Both the position numbers and the translations under genes were made by a program. A stretch of DNA of 64,000 bases from Thermoanaerobaculia bacterium (lineage in GTDB: Bacteria > Acidobacteriota > Thermoanaerobaculia > UBA5066). Below, in pieces: positions 57,538 through 64,000 of this stretch. Location: positions 97,921 through 161,920 of the forward strand of contig DASXVJ010000033.1 in NCBI GenBank assembly GCA_036504335.1, given 5' to 3'. The stretch's first letter is position 1. Each line of letters opens with the position of its first letter. The notes below the pieces were generated by a model, which saw nothing but the letters and a program-made list of their open reading frames with translations, was not told the origin of the DNA and did no database searches.

Positions 57538-58211
57538 GCGCGGCGCTCCGGACGCGCGAGGCGTACCGCCTCTGGTCGGACACGTACGACCAGGAGAACC
57601 CGTTGACCGTCCTCGACGAGGCGGCCGTGCGGATGTTCACGCCCGAGCTCGAGGGGCTCGACCTCCTCGATGCGGCCTGCGGCACCGGACGGCGCCTCGT
57701 CTTCGGGGAGAACGCGCCGCGCTCGGCGGCCGGGGTCGATCTCGTCTTCGAGATGCTCGCCCGGGGCCGGCGCGTGCCGGGCCGCCCTTCCGCCACCTCG
57801 GCGGCGGACGTGCGGTCTCTGCCGTTTCCCGCCGCGCGGTTCGACGTCGCGTGGTGCCGGCTCGCGGCCGGGCACCTTCCCGCGCTCGCGCCGCTCTATG
57901 CGGAGCTCGCGCGCGTCCTCCGGCCCGGCGGGTGCGCGATCGTCACGGATTTTCACCCCGAGGCGATCCGCCGCGGGCACGCGCGGGTCTTCCGCGACGC
58001 CGCGGGAACGGCCCACACCGTCGAGCACGTCGTCCACGAGCCGGGCGACCACGAGACGGCTGCGCGCGCCGCCGGGCTCTCGTTCGATTCCGGCGGCTGG
58101 CTCAGCGTCGGCTCCGAGGTGCGCGCCTTCTACGAGCGGGCCGGAAAGCTCGACCGCTTCGGACGCGACGCGGGCATGCCGCTGCTTCTCGCGCTGAGGT
58201 TTTCGCGGTGA
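57534..58211 (+). CDS. class I SAM-dependent methyltransferase (3)
   Basis: GTG 57534 with a GTGA overlap. Motif I LLDAACGTGRRL, and VLRPGGCAIVTDFHP. 225 aa. Confidence 0.75.
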   Translation: MSAALRTREAYRLWSDTYDQENPLTVLDEAAVRMFTPELEGLDLLDAACGTGRRLVFGENAPRSAAGVDLVFEMLARGRRVPGRPSATSAADVRSLPFPAARFDVAWCRLAAGHLPALAPLYAELARVLRPGGCAIVTDFHPEAIRRGHARVFRDAAGTAHTVEHVVHEPGDHETAARAAGLSFDSGGWLSVGSEVRAFYERAGKLDRFGRDAGMPLLLALRFSR

Positions 58212-59287
58212 GGCTGCGCCTCGTCACGCACGCCGGCTCTCTCGACGTCGAGGACGGCCGCGTGGCCGCCGGCCGGGGCCCGGCGGACGTCTCCGTGGAC
58301 CTCGACGGCGCGACGCTTCGGCCCGGGCTCGTGAACGCGCACGATCACCTCCACCGAAACCACCTCCCGCGTCTCGGAGAGCCGCCCTACCCCGACGCCG
58401 CAGCGTGGGGCCGCGACCTCCACGAGCGGTTCACGGAGGATCTCGAGCGGCGCCATGCGCTCCCGCGCCGCGAGGCGCTCCTGTTCGGCGCGCTCAAGAA
58501 CGTCCTCGGCGGCGCGACGACGGCGGTCCACCACGACGCGTGGGAGGACGACTTCGACCGGGACTTTCCGCTCCGCGTGCCGCGCATCCCCACCGTGCAG
58601 TCCGTCCGGGAGGCGCCCGGGGAGAAGCCTCCCGGCCCGTGGGCGATGCACCTCGCCGAAGGGACGAGCCGCGAGGCGTGCGAGGAGATCGCGGACGCGG
58701 ACGCGCGCGGACTTCTCGGGCGGGCCCTCGCGGCGGTCCACCTCGTCGCGACGGACGCCGACGGCCTCGCACGCCTGACGCGCGCGGGGTGCGCCGCCGT
58801 GTGGTGCCCGACGTCCAACGCGTTCCTGTACGGCGCGACGTCCTCGCGGGCGCTCTTCGGCGCGGGCCTCGAGGTGCTGCTCGGGAGCGATGCGCTCGTG
58901 AGCGGCGCCGGCACGCTCCTCGACGAGCTCGCCGCGGCCCGGGCCACGGGTCTCGTATCGGACGCGCGGCTCGCCGCCGCCGTCTCGACGGTGGCGGCGC
59001 GGCGCCTCGGTCTGCCGGCGCCGTCGCTCGAACCGGGCGCCCCGGCGGACCTCGTGGCGCTCCGCGTGCCTCTCCTCTCGGCGCGGCCGCGCGACGTCGC
59101 GCTCGTCCTCGTCGCCGGCCGGCCCGTCCTCGCGGACGAGGAGTTCGCCGCGGTCTTCGACCACGCGGGCGTCGCGCACGAGCCGCTCATCGTCGGCGGC
59201 GTCGCCAAGCGCGTCGCCGCGCCGCTCGGCTCCGTCGCGCACGCGGTTTTTGCCGCCGCTCCCGAGTGCCGGAGGATCGTGGCGTGA
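58208..59287 (+). CDS. amidohydrolase-superfamily metal-dependent hydrolase
   Basis: GTG 58208 with a GTGA overlap. PGLVNAHDHLH carries the HxH motif. Later elements are HLAEG and ...GSDA.... 359 aa. Confidence 0.7.
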   Translation: MRLRLVTHAGSLDVEDGRVAAGRGPADVSVDLDGATLRPGLVNAHDHLHRNHLPRLGEPPYPDAAAWGRDLHERFTEDLERRHALPRREALLFGALKNVLGGATTAVHHDAWEDDFDRDFPLRVPRIPTVQSVREAPGEKPPGPWAMHLAEGTSREACEEIADADARGLLGRALAAVHLVATDADGLARLTRAGCAAVWCPTSNAFLYGATSSRALFGAGLEVLLGSDALVSGAGTLLDELAAARATGLVSDARLAAAVSTVAARRLGLPAPSLEPGAPADLVALRVPLLSARPRDVALVLVAGRPVLADEEFAAVFDHAGVAHEPLIVGGVAKRVAAPLGSVAHAVFAAAPECRRIVA

Positions 59288-59571
59288 CGGCTCCCGGCGC
59301 GCCCGCCCTCGTCCTCCAGGAGGGCGAGTTCCGCCATCAGGAGACGTTTGGGCCCGGCACCGTGAACCGGGGCGCCGTTCTCCTCGAATGCACGTGGGAC
59401 GGCGGCGAGTTCGAGTCGGGAGTCATGCTCGGCGGCGTCTTTCGATCCGGCACGTTCCGCGGCGGCGTCTTCTGGGGCGGCGTCTGGCTTTCGGGCTCGT
59501 GGGTCGCGGGCGATTGGGAACACGGGTTCGGCCCCGACGGGGCCTACCGGCCCCGCACCGACCATCCGTGA
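59284..59571 (+). CDS. 95-aa protein with about nine G-x-(F/W/M)-x-(G/S) pentapeptide-type repeats
   Basis: GTG 59284 with GTGA overlaps at both ends. The repeat region reads CTWDG GEFES GVMLG GVFRS GTFRG GVFWG GVWLS GSWVA GDWEH G. Confidence 0.5.
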   Translation: MTAPGAPALVLQEGEFRHQETFGPGTVNRGAVLLECTWDGGEFESGVMLGGVFRSGTFRGGVFWGGVWLSGSWVAGDWEHGFGPDGAYRPRTDHP

Positions 59572-60554
59572 GGGTGATCCTCGCGTCCGCGCACCGGTAC
59601 GCGGACCTCGCACGCCTCTGGCATCGGTTCGCCCTTCGCGATCTCGTGCCGGCCCTGCGCGCCGCGGGGGCGGGGGTGGACGTCGTCCTCTTCCGCGACG
59701 CGGCGCCCGACGCGTTCGACCCGCGCGACTTTCCTGGCGCGACGCTCCTTGCTCCAGGCCCCGGGGCGCGCGACTTCCTCGAGTTCTACGACGCGGCGCT
59801 CCGTCGGGAGGGCGACGTCCTCTTCCTGCTCGACGCCGACCTGTTCGTCCTCGACGGCGCGTGGGCCGCGTCGTTCCTCTCCCGGTTTGCGGACCCTTCG
59901 GTTGCCGCGGTCTCGCTGCTGCGACGCACCGAGCAGCCCGGCGTGTACGCGCTCCTCGCGCGGACCGCCGCGTACCGCGAGCTCCCCGCCCCGGTCTTCG
60001 CGCCGTCGTACGAGGCTCCCGGGGCGCCGGGCGCCGTGAACCGGCAGCCCGGCGACCGCGCGGCGCTGGCCCTTCGCTCCGGCGGCCTGACGATCCTCGA
60101 CGTCCCGGCGTCCGAGGCCGAGGGCCGCGTCTCCGACTTCCACGGCACGACCGTGATCCGGGCTTCGCGCGAGGTCTTCGGCGCCTCGCTCGGCCCGCGG
60201 TTCGACGCGCTCCTCTCGGAGAAGCCCTACTTCGCGATGGGCGCGTACGACAACCTGCTCCTCGGAGCGCTCCATCGCACGGTGTTCGGAGCGCCGTACG
60301 CTCCGGACGCGGACGGCGTGCACCTCGGCGGGAGCGCGACGGAAGAGACCCTGCGATCCGCGCTCGCCCGCGTCTCCGACCGGACGGCGCTCGTGCGCTT
60401 CCTCGCGTACGCGGACCGTTCGAACCGGGCCGCGGCGGGGCTTTTCGCGAGGGAAGGCCTGCCGTTCGTGCCGCCCCGCCTCCTTCCGCGCCCGCGCGGG
60501 TGGGCGGTGCGGGCCTGGGGGCTCGCACGCCGCGCCGCGGGACGGCCCGCGTGA
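59568..60554 (+). CDS. hypothetical DxD-motif protein (GT-A-like?), paralog 1
   Basis: GTG 59568. 328 aa. Contains ADLARLWH, ARDFLEFYDAALRR, LFLLDADLFVLD and ADPSVAAVS. Confidence 0.5.
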   Translation: MRVILASAHRYADLARLWHRFALRDLVPALRAAGAGVDVVLFRDAAPDAFDPRDFPGATLLAPGPGARDFLEFYDAALRREGDVLFLLDADLFVLDGAWAASFLSRFADPSVAAVSLLRRTEQPGVYALLARTAAYRELPAPVFAPSYEAPGAPGAVNRQPGDRAALALRSGGLTILDVPASEAEGRVSDFHGTTVIRASREVFGASLGPRFDALLSEKPYFAMGAYDNLLLGALHRTVFGAPYAPDADGVHLGGSATEETLRSALARVSDRTALVRFLAYADRSNRAAAGLFAREGLPFVPPRLLPRPRGWAVRAWGLARRAAGRPA

Positions 60555-61432
60555 CCGCGCCGGCGCTCACCGTCTTCACGGCGACCGTCTACGGCGACGT
60601 CGCGCGCCTCTGGCACGCCTGCGTCGCCCGTGCGCTCGGCGACGCGGCCCGGATCGAGATCTTCGACGACTCGCCCGCCCAGGACCTCGACCCGGCGTTC
60701 TTCCCCGCGGCGGAGATCCTCAGGCGGTCGCCGGCGCGGCGCGACTTCCACGAGGCCTACAACGACGCCGTCCGCCGGTGTGAAACGCCGCTGCTCGCGT
60801 TCGTCGACAGCGACGTCTTCTGGCTGGATCCCGGCGCCGGGAAGCGCGCAGCCGCGGAGCTGGCGGACCCGCGCGTCGCCGCGGTCTCCTTCGTCTCGCG
60901 GACGCGCACGTCGAGCCACGGCACGTTCGCCGTCGCCGTGAAGCCGGCCCTCTATCGCGAGGCGCTCGCCGCACTCCCGGGCGGGTTCTTCCCGGCCGTC
61001 GAGGGCGTCCGGCCCGACGTCCCGCGCGCCGGGTGGATCGAGCACGACACGGGCGACCTCATGACGCGCGCGGTCCTCGCCGCGGGCCACGAGGTGCGCC
61101 TCCTGAACCTCGAACGGACCGGAGAGTTCGCGCGCTTCGACGGCATCACGCTGTCGCGCCGGGCCGCGCTGTGGATGGGAGAGGCGGCGCTCGAGCGGAT
61201 TTCGGCGGAGAACGACTACTTCTGGCACGGCTGGATCGGCAACGCGACCCTGAAGTCGCTGCACGACGCTTCCTTCCCGGACGGCCCGCGCTACGACTTT
61301 CCGTTTTCGCGCGGGGCGGCGCTCGTCCGTGCGGTCTCGCCGAGCCCGCGCCGCACCCGCAACCGGCTCGCCTACGTTCTGCGCCTCCGCGGGCAGGCGG
61401 CAGCCGTCCGTGCGCTCATCCGGAGACCCTAG
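60551..61432 (+). CDS. hypothetical DxD-motif protein (GT-A-like?), paralog 2
   Basis: GTG 60551. 293 aa. Contains GDVARLWH, RRDFHEAYNDAVRR, LLAFVDSDVFWLD and ADPRVAAVS, collinear with paralog 1. Confidence 0.5.
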   Translation: MTAPALTVFTATVYGDVARLWHACVARALGDAARIEIFDDSPAQDLDPAFFPAAEILRRSPARRDFHEAYNDAVRRCETPLLAFVDSDVFWLDPGAGKRAAAELADPRVAAVSFVSRTRTSSHGTFAVAVKPALYREALAALPGGFFPAVEGVRPDVPRAGWIEHDTGDLMTRAVLAAGHEVRLLNLERTGEFARFDGITLSRRAALWMGEAALERISAENDYFWHGWIGNATLKSLHDASFPDGPRYDFPFSRGAALVRAVSPSPRRTRNRLAYVLRLRGQAAAVRALIRRP

Positions 61433-62564
61433 AGAACAACCCGCGGAGCGCCAGCCTCACCCGACGCCCGAAGACGCGCACGTACGCGGCGACGAGAGCG
61501 ATCCCCGAGGAGTCCGGCGCCGCGTTCGCCTTCACCTCCCCGAGTGTCGGGAAGAGGGTGCGGAGGAGAAATCGCGAGCGCGGCACCGGCCCGTCCACCA
61601 GCGACAGGAGCGTCCGCGTCCAGCCGCGCGCGGGGCGCGTGTAGCGGAGGGCCGGCAGCGCCGCCGCGCGGCGGCGCAGATCCGGAGGGACGCGGGAAGA
61701 AAGAGAAGAGAGAAAGATTTCTTTGAAGGTAAGAGGGAAGAGTCGTTCGATCGCGGACGCGGCGAAGTACAGAGGCGCCGTTCCTTCCCCTCTCACACTC
61801 GAAGAAATCTCCGGCGCGAGAGCGCCGGTCTTCCGGTCTCCATCCCTCGCGATCGCGAGAAGCCGGAAGTCGTACGCCTGGATCCCGCGGATGCCGTTTC
61901 CCGCGAAGTCCTCCGCGGCGTGGAAGAGGAGATGCGTGAGGAGCGCGCCTCCCGCCGCGACATTCACGCGCGTCCCGCCGAGGTCGCGCGCCTCGGCCTC
62001 TCCGCGCAGCACCGCGCTCGCGTCGTAGACGCGTCCGAGGACGGGCAGGCGGAACGACGTGTGGATCTCGACGCGGATCGGGTTGTCCGGGTCCTCGGCA
62101 GCGGGGCGGACGACACGCTCGTCCGGGCGCGCGAAGACGCGGTGGCGCGGCGTGTCGAGCAGCGCGCGCCAGCCGGCGCCACCGAGCGCCTCCGTCGCGC
62201 GGGCGAGATCGCGGGCGTCCTTCAGGAGGAGGTCGAGGTCTCCCATCGGGCGGAGCGCGGGTTCCGGGTAGTGGAAGGACGCGAGGACCGCGCCCTTGAG
62301 CGCGACGACCTCGACGCCCGCGGCGCGGAGCGCCAGAACGACCGCCCCGAGCGTTTCCCGCAAGCGCCTCGCCCGGGCACGGGCGAAGGGGATTTCTTCG
62401 AGTAGATAAGCAGAAAGGGGCGCGGGAAGCGTCGAGGCGGCCTCGAGCCCAGCGACCAGCGTCGTGAGGCCCTGGGTGGAGATGGCGAAGGCGGCGATTT
62501 CTGCCGCCGCGTCCTCCTCCTCTCCTCTTCCACTCGAAGAAGTTCTTCTCTTCTCTCTCTCCAT
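61416..62564 (-). CDS. uncharacterised nucleotidyltransferase family protein (NTP_transf_5-like)
   Basis: LRAAGVEVVALKGAVLASFHYPEPALRPMGDLDLLL...IRVEIHTSF fits the family pattern. ATG 62564 is chosen as the start. The upstream part of track ORF 61416..63596 overlaps a convincing plus-strand gene. Confidence 0.6.
   Translation of the reverse strand: MEREKRRTSSSGRGEEEDAAAEIAAFAISTQGLTTLVAGLEAASTLPAPLSAYLLEEIPFARARARRLRETLGAVVLALRAAGVEVVALKGAVLASFHYPEPALRPMGDLDLLLKDARDLARATEALGGAGWRALLDTPRHRVFARPDERVVRPAAEDPDNPIRVEIHTSFRLPVLGRVYDASAVLRGEAEARDLGGTRVNVAAGGALLTHLLFHAAEDFAGNGIRGIQAYDFRLLAIARDGDRKTGALAPEISSSVRGEGTAPLYFAASAIERLFPLTFKEIFLSSLSSRVPPDLRRRAAALPALRYTRPARGWTRTLLSLVDGPVPRSRFLLRTLFPTLGEVKANAAPDSSGIALVAAYVRVFGRRVRLALRGLFSRVSG
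61694..61742 (-). repeat. low-GC purine tract; reverse complement carries CCCTCTTACCTTCAAAGAAATCTTTCTCTCTTCTC
   Basis: This is the inverted partner of 52310-52342. It lies inside the NTase CDS, where it encodes PLTFKEIFLSSLSS, a different reading frame from the partner. Confidence 0.8.
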
Positions 62565-62693
62565 CTCCTCGGCAATCGGCCCCGCGTCCCCTTTTTCGAC
62601 GGCCGCCACCGCCGCCGCGGCGTAGGCGGCGTAGCGCGGGTCGGCGAAGAGGCGCTCGGGTTCGAAGCGAATGCCGCTATTCTCTACGACGTG

Positions 62694-64000
62694 ATGAATA
62701 CGAGCCGCCCGCCCGCACGCCGCACCGAACCCATTCGTGTCGCGCTCGCCGCCCTTGCTGTGCTCGCAGCGGCGTCGCCCGCGCGCGCGGGGCTCAGGTT
62801 CCAACAGATCCCGACGCTCCCGGGGGCGACCGCGACCGCGCTCGCCTCCGACGGCACGACCGTCTGGGCGGGAACGCCGTGGGGCGTCTGGAAGCTGACC
62901 TCGGGCGCGTGGACGCCTGGCGGCCTCACGGGACAGAACGTCCTCTCCCTCGTGTCGGGCAGCTCCGTCTGGGCCGCCGACGGCGCGCGGGTGTGGCAAC
63001 GGCAGGCGGCCTGCACTCCGACTCCAGACGGGCCGTGCGTGGATTCCTGGCTCGCGGAAGCTGTCCCCGTCTCCGTGACGCAGCCCTCCGCGCTCGCGAC
63101 GGACGGGACGAGCGTCTGGGCCGCCGGCCTCGGAGTCGCGAAGAAGACGGGCAGCACGTGGGCGGTGCTCGCGAGCCCGGGCGGCAAGGTCATCTCGGCC
63201 GCCGTCTGGAACGGCGACCTCGTCGCGGGCGTCCGCGGCGCCGTCGCGCGTTACACCGGCGCCGCCGTCATGCTCTTCTCGGCGGGAATGCCCGCCACCG
63301 CAAGCGTGCAGGCGCTCGCGTCCGTGAACGGCGTCCTGTGGGCCGGCACGGACCAGACGCTCTACTCGTGGAACGGCGCGGCGTGGGTGCCCGAGCCCGG
63401 CTTCGGCTTCCACGACGTGCGCGCGATCACGGGCGCCGGCGGAGTCCTGCGCGCGGCGACGGCGGACGCGGGCATTCTGAAGAAGTCCGGCATCTGGGCG
63501 CCCGACAACTTCGGGATCCTCGCCCCCGGCGCGCTCAGTTTCGCAGCCGTGGGAACGGACGTCTACGCGGGGACCACGGGCGCGCCCGTCTACCACCTGT
63601 CCGGTTCGTCGTGGGTCGAGTCGGGGACGGGGCTCTGGGCCTCCACGATTTCCGACGTCGCGACGGTCGCGGGAACCACGCTCGCCTCCGCGCGCGGCGC
63701 GGGCCTCGCGCCCGTCTCCTCCGTCCTGGGCGGCGCCTCCGCGAACGGCTGCGGCGACGTGAAGTCCCTCGCCGGCGTCGGAGGCGCGGGTTCCGAGGCG
63801 CCCGCCGCGACCGGTCTGTTCTTCGCGGCGTCGAACTGCGACGTTTCGTCGTTCACCCTCGTCAACGGCTCCATCACGTCGACGACGCCCGCGGTCTCCG
63901 GGCTCCCCACCGGCGTCGTGCCGGCCGCGCTCGTGCGGGTCGGGGCCGACGGCAGCGTGGCGGGCGGCACGCCCAGCGCCGGGATGTGGCGCTGGGTGGG
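62694..64000 (+). CDS. secreted beta-propeller-like repeat protein, partial (runs off window end)
   Basis: My own translation from ATG 62694 gives MNTSRPPARRTEPIRVALAALAVLAAASPARAG..., followed by repeated ...DGTTVWAGT..., ...GSSVWAAD..., ...NGVLWAGTDQTLYSWNG.... There is no stop before 64000, so the ORF track does not list it. Confidence 0.55.
   Translation, partial: MNTSRPPARRTEPIRVALAALAVLAAASPARAGLRFQQIPTLPGATATALASDGTTVWAGTPWGVWKLTSGAWTPGGLTGQNVLSLVSGSSVWAADGARVWQRQAACTPTPDGPCVDSWLAEAVPVSVTQPSALATDGTSVWAAGLGVAKKTGSTWAVLASPGGKVISAAVWNGDLVAGVRGAVARYTGAAVMLFSAGMPATASVQALASVNGVLWAGTDQTLYSWNGAAWVPEPGFGFHDVRAITGAGGVLRAATADAGILKKSGIWAPDNFGILAPGALSFAAVGTDVYAGTTGAPVYHLSGSSWVESGTGLWASTISDVATVAGTTLASARGAGLAPVSSVLGGASANGCGDVKSLAGVGGAGSEAPAATGLFFAASNCDVSSFTLVNGSITSTTPAVSGLPTGVVPAALVRVGADGSVAGGTPSAGMWRWV

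Noticed and set aside
62565-63596. Upstream half of the 726-aa minus-strand ORF 61416..63596
   Set aside because: It overlaps a plus-strand frame that is open from 62694 to the window end. That frame has a signal peptide and repeated propeller-like W-containing motifs. The minus-strand translation here is Arg-rich and featureless.

Overview
High-GC (roughly 70%) bacterial chromosomal window with no rRNA, tRNA, CRISPR array, transposase or integrase that I can recognise. The many carboxypeptidase-regulatory-like repeat proteins and TonB/OMP genes suggest Acidobacteriota-like ancestry, but I cannot verify this. Layout: (1) 1-10.6 kb holds housekeeping and envelope genes: an Hsp70-like ATPase, a TonB-dependent receptor, a Ser/Thr kinase with TPR repeats, a BI-1 family protein, a SemiSWEET-like protein, RluA and a DEDDh exonuclease. 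(2) 10.6-25.6 kb is a complete minus-strand dcw cluster, mraZ-rsmH-ftsL-ftsI-murE-mraY-murD-ftsW-murG-murC-ftsQ-ftsA-ftsZ. It lacks murF, murB and ddl, and has a phased GTGG repeat array upstream of mraZ. (3) 25.8-28.7 kb carries RNase D and an unusual SurA-like PPIase fused to an outer-membrane beta-barrel. (4) About 28.7-36.1 kb is visibly lower in GC. It sits between two SurA/PpiC-type genes and contains a chimeric scar that duplicates the 3-prime end of one gene and the 5-prime end of the other. (5) 36.1-40.5 kb carries a PpiC lipoprotein and mfd. (6) 40.5-44.4 kb is an overlapping operon of a nine-CXXCH cytochrome c, a cytochrome b, a histidine kinase and a NarL-type regulator. (7) 47.5-51.8 kb encodes a ~1430-aa protein of tandem CarboxypepD_reg-like domains followed by a stand-alone OM barrel. 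(8) 51.9-62.6 kb is the most interesting locus. It is an operon of two B12-radical-SAM enzymes, three SAM methyltransferases, an amidohydrolase, a 95-aa G-x-(F/W)-x-G pentapeptide-repeat protein and two paralogous DxD proteins, joined by seven consecutive GTGA start/stop overlaps. An HPr-kinase-like P-loop protein and an NTP_transf_5-like nucleotidyltransferase flank it. I do not recognise this as a described system. A short low-GC motif (ACCTTCMAAGAAATCTT) recurs in sense orientation inside several unrelated genes. Most long ORFs in the supplied track are GC-driven shadow ORFs or upstream read-through extensions, so starts were re-derived by reading the sequence.
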